Assembly (NCBI GenBank): GCA_964636885.1
Contig: CAZWVA010000002.1
Coordinates: 22,050-86,049 of the forward strand
Direction of reading: 5' to 3'
DNA from: an uncultured Spirochaetia bacterium
GTDB taxonomy: Bacteria; Desulfobacterota_D; UBA1144; Nemesobacterales; CSP1-2
DNA length: 64,000 bases
Below the pieces are notes generated by a model. It was not told the origin of the DNA. It worked only from the letters and a program-made list of their open reading frames with translations, and did not search any database. Position numbers and translations under genes: made by a program. Below, piece by piece: positions 10,312 through 19,371 of the stretch (positions within the stretch are counted from its first letter, which is position 1; every line of letters begins with the position of its first letter).

Positions 10312-13300
10312 GTGATAGGATATCAACCGATGTTTAATACAATAATCAGGTGGTCGCTAAATAACAAACTGTTACTCGTAGTGGCTACTGCTATCTTTCT
10401 TGGCTCTTCTATATATCTTGTCACACAAATGCCTGTGGATGTTTTTCCAGAATTTGCTCCACCTCAGGTTGTAATCCAGACTGAAGCGCCTGGACTCTCG
10501 TCTGAAGATATAGAGGCGCTAATCACCTTTCCAATCGAGAGCGCGGTAAACGGTACACCCGGTGTTGATATAGTTCGTTCATCATCTTCTGTAGGCCTTT
10601 CGACTATAACTGTTGTCTTTAAGTGGGGAACCAATATCTATACTGCTCGTCAGCTTGTAAATGAGCGTATCCAATCGGTGCAAAGACGATTTCCTCTAGG
10701 AACAAAACCTCCTTTAATGCTTCCCGTTACATCCGCTGTAGGCCGGATGATTGAATACAGCCTAACAAGTGATACACTCTCACCGATGGAACTCCGTACA
10801 ATCTCAGACTGGCAAATACGTCCAAGGATACTTGCAATTGGGGGTGTGGCTTCTGTTGTTTCAATGGGAGGTGAAGTCAAGCAGTATCAAGTTCTCATTG
10901 ATCCGCTGAAGTTACGCTCCTACGACGTGACTCTAGCTCAGGTAAAAGAGGCGGTAGAGAAATCAAACGTAAATGTTCCGGGTGGATTTCTATATAGAGG
11001 GGGTGAAGAGTTTGTTGTCACAGGAGTTGGACGAATTACTACTCTCGATGATTTAAAGGAGACTGTAGTGGCTGTTCGTGACGGAATCCCTATTACCTTA
11101 AGCCAGTTGGCTGAAGTTAGGATAGGTCCTGAGATAAAACGTGGAGACGGTGCCTTTATGAATAAACCCGCTGTTATTGGTACGATTTCAAAAGCTTATG
11201 GTGCCGATACGTTGACTACAACATACAAGGTTGAAAAGACCCTTGAAGAGATTAAAGCAAGTCTCCCTAAAGGGGTTGATATGAATTATCATGTCTTCAG
11301 GCAAGCGGATTTCATCGAATCCGCCATCAAAAATTTGAAGAATACCCTCTGGCAGGGTGGAATCATAGTAACGGTGATTCTCTTTTTATTCCTTTATAAT
11401 TTTCGTGCCTCTTTTATAAGCCTGCTTGCTATGCCACTATCGCTTCTTGCAGGGTTAATGGTTTTAAAAGCCTTTGGTATCGGGATTAATGCAATGACGC
11501 TGGGAGGACTTGCCATTGCCATAGGTATTGTGGTTGATGATGCAATCATAGACGTGGAAAACGTCTTTAGAAGACTGCGCCTTAACCGTGCCTTACCCCA
11601 TCCCGAACCTGTGCTTAGCGTCGTCTTTAAAGGTTCAACTGAGATCCGAAACCCTATAGTCTACGCCACATTCATTATCATAATTGCCTTTTTCCCTGTG
11701 TTTTTACTCTCCGGTACTGAAGGAAGAATTCTTACCCCGCTTGGGATCGCATTCATAGCGAGTGTCCTTTGCTCATTGCTTGTAGCTGTAACAACGACAC
11801 CTGTGCTTTGTTATTTACTTCTTACCCGTAAACATGAGAGAGAACATGACAGAGGATTAGCTCAAGCAGGGGTACCATTACTGCGGCCGGAAGCCGCTTT
11901 CAGTAATCCGGGAAACCCCTCGGATACGCCGGGTAGTTCTAGTGGCGAAGGCTCTAGTTACAAGATGGAAAAAGAAGCTACTCTTGTACGCCTTCTTAAG
12001 AAAGTTTACGAACGCATTCTGAACCGCTCGCTAAAGCATTTTTACCTGATAATCGGTATTTCAGTCATTCTGCTCATCGGCGCTCTCGTAATGACTCCCT
12101 TTTTCGGACGCTCATTTCTGCCCGAGTTCCGTGAAGGTAACTTCATCATACGCATAACAATGCTGCCAGGTACCTCACTCGAGGAATCTATGCGACTCGG
12201 TTCATTGATTCAAAAGAATCTAACCGACAAATCAAAATATCCGGAGATTATTTCAGTTGCACAGCGTGCAGGACGTGCAGAACTCGATGAGGATGCGTTG
12301 CCACCTAATATCAGTGAGTTTGATCTCGCAATCAAGTATGGAAAGAGATCAGCCGATGATTTAATTAATGCAATCCGATCTGACCTAAAAGAAATTCCTG
12401 GGGTTGCAGTAGAAGTCAACCAATTTATCTCCGAGCGAATGAATGAAGTGCTTTCAGGTATCCGTGCAGATGTGGCTATTAAGATCTTTGGTCCTGATCT
12501 TATAAAATTAAGAATTATTGGTGAACAGGCAAGAGACATTGTAGAAACTGTAAAAGGGGTTAAGGACTTACAACTAGAACAGCAGATTAATGTTCCTCAG
12601 GTCGTAGTTAAATACGACCGTGAGAAAGCTGCAAGGTACGGACTTAATGTTGGGGATTTAGCAGGGATCACAGAAACCTCCTTAAACGGCACTGCGGTCT
12701 CACAAGTGCTGGAAGATCAGAAGACTTTTGACCTCTTTATTCGGCTTAATGAAGAATCGAGAAGTAACATTGAGGCTACCAAGAACATCCTCATTGATAC
12801 CCTAACAGGGGCAAAGATTCCTCTTCGTGAGGTCGCCGATATACATCTTGAAAATCGCCCATACACGATAAATCGTGAACAGGTTCAACGCCGTATAGTG
12901 GTTCAATTTAACGTTGCCGGTCGTGACCTAAATAGTGTGATTACTGAGGCTAAACAGAAGATTGAATCCCAAGTGAAATTGCCTTCTTCAGACTACTTTA
13001 TTGAATACGGCGGCCAGTTTGAAAGCCAGCAAAGGGCGTCAAAGATTCTTACAATCTTCGGTATTGTGGCAATACTCGGAATTTTTATGATGCTCTTTCA
13101 TGCTTTTGGAAACGCACGCGAATCAATAATGGTAATGGTTAACCTTCCTCTTGCCCTTATTGGTGGTGTATATGCTGTGTTTCTTACGGGAGGCGAACTA
13201 AGTGTGCCTTCACTAATCGGTTTTATAACCCTATTTGGAATTGCTACTAGAAATGGGATTATTCTTATAAGCCATTATAAGCAATTAAGAAAAGATGGAT

Positions 13301-13548
13301 TCTCTATTCGTGATACAGTTGTTCAGGGCTCACTTGACCGGCTAAATCCTATTTTAATAACGGCCTCTGTCGCCGCGCTTGGTCTTATTCCGCTTCTGCT
13401 TGGCGAGCCGACTGGTAAAGAAATTGAGAGACCACTAGCAGTTGTGCTTCTGGGAGGTCTCTTTACCTCAACTTTTTTGAATCTCGTTGTTATTCCAACT
13501 TTATATAACAAGATTGAAGCTTGGCAGGAGAATAAAAAAACAAATTAA
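10312..13548 (+). CDS. cusA: Heavy-metal efflux RND transporter, CusA/CzcA family.
   Basis: 1078 aa. Characteristic CusA N-terminus (IIRWSLNNKLLLV). Twelve transmembrane segments and two large periplasmic loops. A Met-rich stretch (AFMNKP...). The true start may be the internal Met at 10330. Confidence 0.9.
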   Translation: MIGYQPMFNTIIRWSLNNKLLLVVATAIFLGSSIYLVTQMPVDVFPEFAPPQVVIQTEAPGLSSEDIEALITFPIESAVNGTPGVDIVRSSSSVGLSTITVVFKWGTNIYTARQLVNERIQSVQRRFPLGTKPPLMLPVTSAVGRMIEYSLTSDTLSPMELRTISDWQIRPRILAIGGVASVVSMGGEVKQYQVLIDPLKLRSYDVTLAQVKEAVEKSNVNVPGGFLYRGGEEFVVTGVGRITTLDDLKETVVAVRDGIPITLSQLAEVRIGPEIKRGDGAFMNKPAVIGTISKAYGADTLTTTYKVEKTLEEIKASLPKGVDMNYHVFRQADFIESAIKNLKNTLWQGGIIVTVILFLFLYNFRASFISLLAMPLSLLAGLMVLKAFGIGINAMTLGGLAIAIGIVVDDAIIDVENVFRRLRLNRALPHPEPVLSVVFKGSTEIRNPIVYATFIIIIAFFPVFLLSGTEGRILTPLGIAFIASVLCSLLVAVTTTPVLCYLLLTRKHEREHDRGLAQAGVPLLRPEAAFSNPGNPSDTPGSSSGEGSSYKMEKEATLVRLLKKVYERILNRSLKHFYLIIGISVILLIGALVMTPFFGRSFLPEFREGNFIIRITMLPGTSLEESMRLGSLIQKNLTDKSKYPEIISVAQRAGRAELDEDALPPNISEFDLAIKYGKRSADDLINAIRSDLKEIPGVAVEVNQFISERMNEVLSGIRADVAIKIFGPDLIKLRIIGEQARDIVETVKGVKDLQLEQQINVPQVVVKYDREKAARYGLNVGDLAGITETSLNGTAVSQVLEDQKTFDLFIRLNEESRSNIEATKNILIDTLTGAKIPLREVADIHLENRPYTINREQVQRRIVVQFNVAGRDLNSVITEAKQKIESQVKLPSSDYFIEYGGQFESQQRASKILTIFGIVAILGIFMMLFHAFGNARESIMVMVNLPLALIGGVYAVFLTGGELSVPSLIGFITLFGIATRNGIILISHYKQLRKDGFSIRDTVVQGSLDRLNPILITASVAALGLIPLLLGEPTGKEIERPLAVVLLGGLFTSTFLNLVVIPTLYNKIEAWQENKKTN

Positions 13549-13609
13549 AGAAGGTTGAAGGGAAAATAATTAGTTTTAACCCTCCGATCCATATATGTAA
13601 CGCTCTTTC

Positions 13610-14536
13610 TCATCCAACAAAGAAGTTCAGCAACCACCCAGAACCTATAGCAAAGACAAACCAGCTTACTACATAAAGTAGCGTCGCCTTTTTACCAATG
13701 ATTTTCTGAGCCATAATTATGGTCGGTATGCATGTGCCTACTGAACCCAAGAGAAATGTAAAGGCCGGTCCAACACCTAATCCGGCTTTTAGAAGTGCAA
13801 ATGTTATGGGAACCTCTTCTCCTTCACATACATAGATGGGTATTCCTACTATGGCAGCCACTAAATACGCTGCAAATCCTGAGAAGATGATATACTTAGA
13901 GATTGAATCCTCAGGAATAATCGTAGTTAAAACCGATGCAACTAGCATCCCTATCAGGAAGTATTTGGAAAGTCCTCTTATTATTGATACCAAGTTCCAC
14001 CAAAAGCTTTGGTTCTTTTCTATGTAGCAAGAGTTAGACGATATAGGATTTTCTTTAACAGAAAGAATTTGAATAAATTTAGGGTTGGGGTCTGAAATAC
14101 CGAATCCAGAAACTCTAGATTTTTCGAGATAGTTTAAAATCACACCAAGAGCTATAATGCCGATAAATGGAAATACCAATCTTGCCACCGTGATTTTCCA
14201 GCCTAACATTCCATAAGTCATCGCTATCGTGATGGGACTTAGAAGGGGTGACATCATTATGAATGCTGTTACAGTTCCTAAATTAGTTCCTTGCCTTTTA
14301 AGTCCTTCTGCCATAGGCATTGTAGCACAGGCACAACCCGGAAGAACGGCGCCCAGAATACTTGCATTCATTACTGAGAAGTTACCTCGACTAAGATATT
14401 TGGAGATTGAATCGGACTTCAGGTAAGTTTGAAGAGCCGCACCTAAAGCAGCCCCGAGTAGAAAGTATGGAATAACCTCAAGAGTCAAAGAAAAGAATTC
14501 TTTTAAAATTTGAAGAGTGATATCCAAAAATGCCAC
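13610..14536 (-). CDS. DUF318 / ArsP-like permease (putative metalloid or organoarsenical efflux permease).
   Basis: Polytopic membrane protein with a conserved 'LPGCACATMPMAEGL' Cys-x-Cys motif typical of the DUF318/ArsP family. It sits immediately downstream of an ArsR regulator. Confidence 0.65.
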   Translation of the reverse strand: MAFLDITLQILKEFFSLTLEVIPYFLLGAALGAALQTYLKSDSISKYLSRGNFSVMNASILGAVLPGCACATMPMAEGLKRQGTNLGTVTAFIMMSPLLSPITIAMTYGMLGWKITVARLVFPFIGIIALGVILNYLEKSRVSGFGISDPNPKFIQILSVKENPISSNSCYIEKNQSFWWNLVSIIRGLSKYFLIGMLVASVLTTIIPEDSISKYIIFSGFAAYLVAAIVGIPIYVCEGEEVPITFALLKAGLGVGPAFTFLLGSVGTCIPTIIMAQKIIGKKATLLYVVSWFVFAIGSGWLLNFFVG

Positions 14537-14541
14537 AGCAT

Positions 14542-14853
14542 TTAGTACCTGGTACAGCGATATATTCCTTCTCCTACCTCAGCAAGTATTGCTTCAGCTT
14601 CCGCAAGGAGTTTTAACACTTTTTTATTAGCCACTTGGTAATAAACGTATCTTCCTTTTTTCTCCTTTTTTACAAGCCTGCAGTCTTCGAGACAAGCTAG
14701 GTGTGCCGAGACATTGGGTTGAGAAAGATTGGTAAGTTCGACAATTTCAGAAACGCATTTCGATCCATTCCTTAATGCCTCAAGGACTGCTAATCGAGAT
14801 GTATCAGCAAAACCCCGAAATAATTTGGCCTTGAGTATATTATTATCAGGCAT
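14542..14853 (-). CDS. arsR: ArsR/SmtB-family metalloregulatory transcriptional repressor.
   Basis: HTH region 'LAVLEALRNGSKCVSEIVELTNLSQPNVSAHLACLEDCRLV' with Cys residues in metal-sensing positions. Five nt upstream of the permease gene. Confidence 0.85.
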   Translation of the reverse strand: MPDNNILKAKLFRGFADTSRLAVLEALRNGSKCVSEIVELTNLSQPNVSAHLACLEDCRLVKKEKKGRYVYYQVANKKVLKLLAEAEAILAEVGEGIYRCTRY

Positions 14854-15036
14854 GAATAACCTCTTTTATGTGTAGGAGTTATTGTATAAATATATAACTA
14901 TATAATTATATTTTAGGATCTTTTTTATAACTTGTCAAATAACAACAGGCGAAAACCGTCGGCTTACAAAACGGTCCAAAAATTAAAAATTCTTTGGAGA
15001 GTGCATAATGCTATAAGCATTAGCATTTTAGTTTCA

Positions 15037-15486
15037 TCACTTAACCACCATAACCGTACATGGGGCAAGGCGGGTGAGGGTTTGTGAAGTGCTTCCCCAG
15101 ATTCTTCCAAACACCTTCGAATGTCCCATAAAACCTATCACAAGAAGATCAAACTTTCCTTCGTTAACGTAACTGACGATTTTCTCTACCTCGTGTCCTG
15201 CAACGACCTTCGTGTGTAGTGTAACGCCTTCTTTTGAAGCAAACTCTATGGCCTCTTGGTTTACTTTATCAAAGTAAGCGTTTCTTTCATGCTTAGCCTC
15301 AACGACTTCTCCTACCGTGGCCGCATAATGAGGCAGATCCTCTTCTACGGATATTGAATGAATCTCAGCATCAAAGCGTTTGGCAAGTTCAACCGCTACC
15401 CGCAGGGCTTTTTTCGCCCCTTCCGAGCCGTCATTTGCAACAAGGATTTTATTAAATCTAAACATTTTTACCCTCCCCTTGGTCAA
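15037..15486 (-). CDS. Universal stress protein (UspA family).
   Basis: UspA fold signatures (ILVANDGSEGAKKAL...LLVIGFMGHSKVFGRIWGSTSQ). Overlaps the upstream antiporter gene by 29 nt and is likely co-transcribed with it under the fluoride riboswitch. Confidence 0.8.
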   Translation of the reverse strand: MTKGRVKMFRFNKILVANDGSEGAKKALRVAVELAKRFDAEIHSISVEEDLPHYAATVGEVVEAKHERNAYFDKVNQEAIEFASKEGVTLHTKVVAGHEVEKIVSYVNEGKFDLLVIGFMGHSKVFGRIWGSTSQTLTRLAPCTVMVVK

Positions 15487-16648
15487 TCACACTAAGTACT
15501 GGAATTTCTTTGACAGCTTTGCCACTTACCTCGATCTCCTCACTCAAATTCGGCTGGAACCAACGCTGAGCGATAAGTGTAGGCACTATAGCCGTGAGAA
15601 TTACTACAGTAACAAGCACAGAAAACTGGCCGATGTTAATAAACCCCGCTGAGAGTCCGTACATCGAAGATATCGTTCCAAAAGTGAGTCCGGTACTCAT
15701 AAGTAGTGTGGTATAAGTAGCGTTCTTTGGAATGTACTTCTTTGCAAGTGGATATACTCCTATTACCTTTGCTCCTATTTTCACTCCGAATAATACCAGA
15801 AGGAGTCCAAAATTAGCATAGATCTCCTTGAGAGAAACGTTCATGCCGCCTTTTATGAAGAAAAAAGGCGTTATCATGGCAAAGGCGATTATTCTCAACT
15901 TTCTTTGAAGCTCTCTATTCGAGCGGAGCGTATTTGAAAGCACAAGTCCAAGAATAAACACCGGAAGCACAGCATGGCTTGCACCGAGTTTGGCAAGGTA
16001 CATGAACAGAAAAAGAAGAAAGAACAAGAACTTAATCTCAGGCTCAATCACTCTATTCCCATACCTCTTGAGAATCGGAGACATAACCTTTGGGGAGAGG
16101 AAAATTATCACAGCGGAGCCGAAAACAAAAACCAGAGTAAACCAGTTTCCCTCAGCAAAGAGCAGGCTAAGTGCCAATGCAGTGCTAAAGTCCGTAACGA
16201 AACAGGATGCCATGATCGTTTTTCCGATCTTTGTCTCGGTAAGTCCTGTTTCTACTAGGACAGCGTAAACCACAGCTAAAGACGTAGTAGAAAGAGCGGT
16301 TCCCGCGATCTGAGAGGCTTTAAAACCCCATCCTGCTATTCCGTAGCAGTAGGCAAAAGTCAAAAGAAACGGTGCAAGAAATGAAATCCCACCGATGAGA
16401 AGGCTCTCTTTAAACTTCTCTTTCATGAGCTCGGGATCCGTTTCCGCTCCCGCCAGGAATGTAAGCAGAATTCCTCCAAAACCAGCAAGGAAGTCAATCC
16501 AGGGTGTAGAGTGAAGACCGAGAAAGTTTCCACCTATAACACCCATGGCGATTTCAATAATAGATACAGATATTGCGGCTTCGACCGAGATAAGGCTTGC
16601 GAGAAAAATTAGAAGTCCCATGATTAAGGTGACGTATGTGTTATCCAT
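15458..16648 (-). CDS. Cation:proton antiporter (CPA1/CPA2 Na+/H+ exchanger family), fluoride-regulated.
   Basis: A 396-aa polytopic protein with Na+/H+ exchanger family motifs. A strong SD 'GGAGGAG' lies just upstream. A fluoride riboswitch sits in its 5' leader. CPA antiporters are known members of the fluoride regulon. Confidence 0.8.
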   Translation of the reverse strand: MDNTYVTLIMGLLIFLASLISVEAAISVSIIEIAMGVIGGNFLGLHSTPWIDFLAGFGGILLTFLAGAETDPELMKEKFKESLLIGGISFLAPFLLTFAYCYGIAGWGFKASQIAGTALSTTSLAVVYAVLVETGLTETKIGKTIMASCFVTDFSTALALSLLFAEGNWFTLVFVFGSAVIIFLSPKVMSPILKRYGNRVIEPEIKFLFFLLFLFMYLAKLGASHAVLPVFILGLVLSNTLRSNRELQRKLRIIAFAMITPFFFIKGGMNVSLKEIYANFGLLLVLFGVKIGAKVIGVYPLAKKYIPKNATYTTLLMSTGLTFGTISSMYGLSAGFINIGQFSVLVTVVILTAIVPTLIAQRWFQPNLSEEIEVSGKAVKEIPVLSVIDQGEGKNV

Positions 16649-16662
16649 CGATTCTCCTCCGC

Positions 16663-16684
16663 AACCGATATATAAAAAAGCCCC
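16663..16684 (-). terminator. Intrinsic terminator forming the expression platform of the fluoride riboswitch.
   Basis: The minus strand reads GUAGCCCUGAAGGGGCU followed by UUUUUUAU. The stem 5' side (GUAGCCC) could alternatively pair with the aptamer's 3' CCUAC. Confidence 0.6.
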
Positions 16685-16716
16685 TTCAGGGCTACAAACC
16701 CCTTCTTTAAAGGATT

Positions 16717-16773
16717 TGATCTTTAGGTAGGAGTCATCAGCTATCTCGGTCGAGATAGCAGTTAAAGGCAGAA
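16717..16773 (-). ncRNA. Fluoride riboswitch (crcB RNA motif) aptamer in the 5' leader of the antiporter-usp operon.
   Basis: The minus strand reads GGCAAUGGAGUUCUGCC-UUUAA-CUGCUAUCUCGACCGAGAUAGCUG-AUGACUCCUAC. It matches the consensus GGCGAUGGAGUUCGCC...stem-loop...CUAAUGACUCCUAC. P1 is GGCA/UGCC. The pseudoknot is GGAGU/ACUCC. There is a perfect P3 hairpin. Confidence 0.85.
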
Positions 16774-16906
16774 CTCCATTGCCTTTACTAAGAGGGCATT
16801 ACACATAAATATAAAACGAGCCGAAATATTGTCAACCGGTTCCCCTTTTGGAAGCGTCGTGATTGACAATGCTCGATTTCACTATAGAGTTATGTGTGAT
16901 ATTTTT

Positions 16907-17002
16907 GCAATGAAGGTAAATGGTTCTGCCTACATACACTGTTCCAACCGGAACGGTTAACGACTCCTACTTAATACGAAATTTCACGGTAGTGGTGTTT
17001 TT
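16907..17002 (+). ncRNA. Second, divergent fluoride-riboswitch-like element plus terminator in the crcB leader.
   Basis: GCAAUGAAGGUAAAUGGUUCUGCC...CUGUUCCAACCGGAACGG-UUAACGACUCCUAC. The 3' half matches the consensus (P3 hairpin plus UAAYGACUCCUAC). The 5' half is degenerate: GG-UU where the reference has GGAGU. Downstream, GUAGUGGUG-UUUUU can pair with ACUCCUAC as a terminator. Confidence 0.45.
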
Positions 17003-17037
17003 CGATTCCGGAGATGAAATGAAATCGGGGGAAACGA

Positions 17038-17424
17038 ATGATAAAGGTACTCTTGGTTGCGCTCGGCGGAGCTATGGGAGCCCTACTCAGATATGCGATG
17101 TCAGGCTTTACATCCAGGTACCTGGATGGAGTCTTTCCATGCGGGACATTGATGGTGAACCTTGTGGGCTGCTTCGTAATAGGTTTTCTGTGGCAACTAT
17201 TCGAGATGGTAGTTGTTTCACCAAATGTAAGGACTTTTATCCTTATAGGTATTCTAGGTGCCTTTACGACCTTTTCCACTTATGGGCTGGAGAGTTTCAA
17301 CCTTATTCGGGAGGGTGAGTTCGGGTTTGCCGTATTAAACGTTTTAATGAGTAACGTTGTGGGGATAATGCTGGTTTTTTGTGGTTTCGTCGTTTCAAGG
17401 TATTTTATCGGTATTTTCAGATAG
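17038..17424 (+). CDS. crcB: Fluoride ion channel CrcB/Fluc.
   Basis: 128 aa and four transmembrane segments. Conserved motifs GAMGALLRY and GxxxxFTTFSTY (GILGAFTTFSTYGLE). Confidence 0.9.
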   Translation: MIKVLLVALGGAMGALLRYAMSGFTSRYLDGVFPCGTLMVNLVGCFVIGFLWQLFEMVVVSPNVRTFILIGILGAFTTFSTYGLESFNLIREGEFGFAVLNVLMSNVVGIMLVFCGFVVSRYFIGIFR

Positions 17425-17435
17425 GGGTCGATTAG

Positions 17436-17780
17436 ATGACTTTACCCGGAGAAGGACTACTACTTAGGATATTCATAGGGGAAACCGACAGTTATAAAGG
17501 AAAGGCGCTTTATGAACAGATCGTCCTTAAGGCAAGGGAGCTAAACCTCGCCGGGGCGACGGTTATTCGTGGGATAATGGGCTTTGGCGCCGATAGTCGT
17601 ATACATACGGCTAAACTCCTTCGACTCTCTGAGGACTTACCCGTCGTTATAGAGCTGGTGGATACGGAGGAAAACCTGAACAAGATACTTCCCTTTCTAG
17701 ATGAGACGGTAAAAGAGGGACTTGTCACGATGGAAAAGGTGAGAATCATTAAATACGGATACGCCAGTAAAAATAAATAA
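17436..17780 (+). CDS. DUF190-domain protein (commonly co-encoded with crcB).
   Basis: A 114-aa protein with a nitrogen-regulatory-PII-like fold signature (LLRIFIGETD...GATVIRGIMGFG). An 11-nt gap after crcB. Confidence 0.75.
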   Translation: MTLPGEGLLLRIFIGETDSYKGKALYEQIVLKARELNLAGATVIRGIMGFGADSRIHTAKLLRLSEDLPVVIELVDTEENLNKILPFLDETVKEGLVTMEKVRIIKYGYASKNK

Positions 17781-18122
17781 TGCCCTCTGCGTGATTACAT
17801 TTGCAGGCGGTTATGTGGAGAGGCACCCGTGGATTCATCTGTAATAGGGTGTGCAATCTTCTTCATTTTACTTACGTTTTTTGTCATCTTGTCCATTTTT
17901 TTTGCCTGTATGCTTCAAATAATATTCAATTGTTTCAGCTAGTTGTGTCTTAGGACCCTCTGGTATGGATATTGCATGAAGCATCGCGTGGATGATTACT
18001 GGGAAAACGGTGTGTTTGGGATTTAAGGATAAAGGCGAGTCGGTTTGTTTCCATATCATCTTCTCGATGTTTTCCCCGCCTCTGTGTGAATGCCATAGTT
18101 CTTAAACAAAAGGGGAGGAGAG

Positions 18123-18578
18123 ATGGAAACAATTGGAAAGGTACTTAGCTTAATCCTCCTTACGATCTTTGGGGCGGCGGGGGCGGTTATATACTTTACC
18201 GACCCCTATTCCCCCGGATTGGGTATTATCGAGTCTATATCTACCTTCCATAAAAGCGAATCGGACAGCGAGATAGACTATTCGGCCTACAGGGAGCGCT
18301 TGAGGAAAGGCTATGCCGAGACGGAACCGCCTAAGGATGCGGATTCCGAATCCCAAGAGGAGTCCTTATGGACAAATACATACCGTTATCCTCCATCCCC
18401 GGATGCCAGAGCCCTGGCCGAAGAGAACCCTATGACCGAGCTTAGTGAGAAGGCAAACTACTGGAAAAGCCGATACCACATGGCCCTGCGATCTGGAAAG
18501 AGAGAGGAAGCGGATGATGCGTATAAAAGATACAGGGTTTATAAAGAGGCCATTGAGATCAAGGAGGCCTCCGAGTAG
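18123..18578 (+). CDS. Hypothetical membrane-anchored protein.
   Basis: An N-terminal transmembrane helix followed by an acidic, charged soluble domain. No recognisable family. Confidence 0.45.
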   Translation: METIGKVLSLILLTIFGAAGAVIYFTDPYSPGLGIIESISTFHKSESDSEIDYSAYRERLRKGYAETEPPKDADSESQEESLWTNTYRYPPSPDARALAEENPMTELSEKANYWKSRYHMALRSGKREEADDAYKRYRVYKEAIEIKEASE

Positions 18579-18594
18579 CCTCTAAATCCTCCGG

Positions 18595-19371
18595 TTAAAA
18601 CATGAGAAAGAGCTTCGTAAGAAAAAAGTCCCCTATGATTATGAGAACAAGAGACAACACAACGGTAAGGGTCGTTGCCCTTCCCACTCCCTGGGTCCCC
18701 CCCTCTGTGTTCATCCCTATGTAGCATCCAAGAATAGCGACTATCAAGCCGAAAAAGACGGTCTTAAGAACCCCACTCAGAAGGTCTGAGATAAAGACCC
18801 AACCCACCATTCCCGAAATAAATAGCCTTGGCGTTACTCCGAGTTCTATCTCCGCCATGATTATGGCACCTATGATCCCCGAAAGATTGGCGATTAGGGT
18901 GAGAAAGGGAAACGAGATTATGGCCGCGATGAACCTAGGGACGACCAGCTTTTTTATCGGGTCTGCCCCGAGGGTTCTCAGGGCGTCTATCTGCTCCGTC
19001 ACACGCATCGAACCGATTTCCGCCGTTATTCCAGAGCCGACCCTACCTCCAACGAGAAGGGATGTAAGCACGGGGCCGAGCTCTCTTACGATTGCAAGCG
19101 AGACCACAGAGCCTACGAGGCTTTTTGCCCCGAACCTTCCAAATCCGTATGCGAGCTGTACCACCATAACCATCCCGATCGCCATAGCCGAGAGGATCAC
19201 TATAGGTATGGACTTAAACCCTATCTCGTCTATCTGCTCGATTATGAGCCTAAGGTTAAAGGGAGGGGTGAGGCTGGCATAGACGGTTCTATAAAGGAGG
19301 ATGCATAGCTCTCCTATACGCTCTAGTGTAGAGAGAAATAGCCTTCCGATCCGAATAATGAAATCCCTCAT
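18595..19371 (-). CDS. mlaE: MlaE-family ABC transporter permease (lipid asymmetry maintenance).
   Basis: Five to six transmembrane segments. Conserved MlaE/YrbE motifs (EQIDALRTLGADPI..., GTEGVGRATT-like 'GGTQGVGRATT'). Confidence 0.85.
   Translation of the reverse strand: MRDFIIRIGRLFLSTLERIGELCILLYRTVYASLTPPFNLRLIIEQIDEIGFKSIPIVILSAMAIGMVMVVQLAYGFGRFGAKSLVGSVVSLAIVRELGPVLTSLLVGGRVGSGITAEIGSMRVTEQIDALRTLGADPIKKLVVPRFIAAIISFPFLTLIANLSGIIGAIIMAEIELGVTPRLFISGMVGWVFISDLLSGVLKTVFFGLIVAILGCYIGMNTEGGTQGVGRATTLTVVLSLVLIIIGDFFLTKLFLMF

Noticed and set aside
15974-16268. Two overlapping plus-strand ORFs (94 and 92 aa) inside the antiporter gene.
   Set aside because: They are antisense to the CPA antiporter CDS, have no RBS, and are lysine/arginine-rich artefacts.
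18857-19282. 141-aa plus-strand ORF overlapping mlaE.
   Set aside because: It is antisense to a strongly supported membrane permease and is itself Pro/Ser/Thr-rich low-complexity. Spurious.
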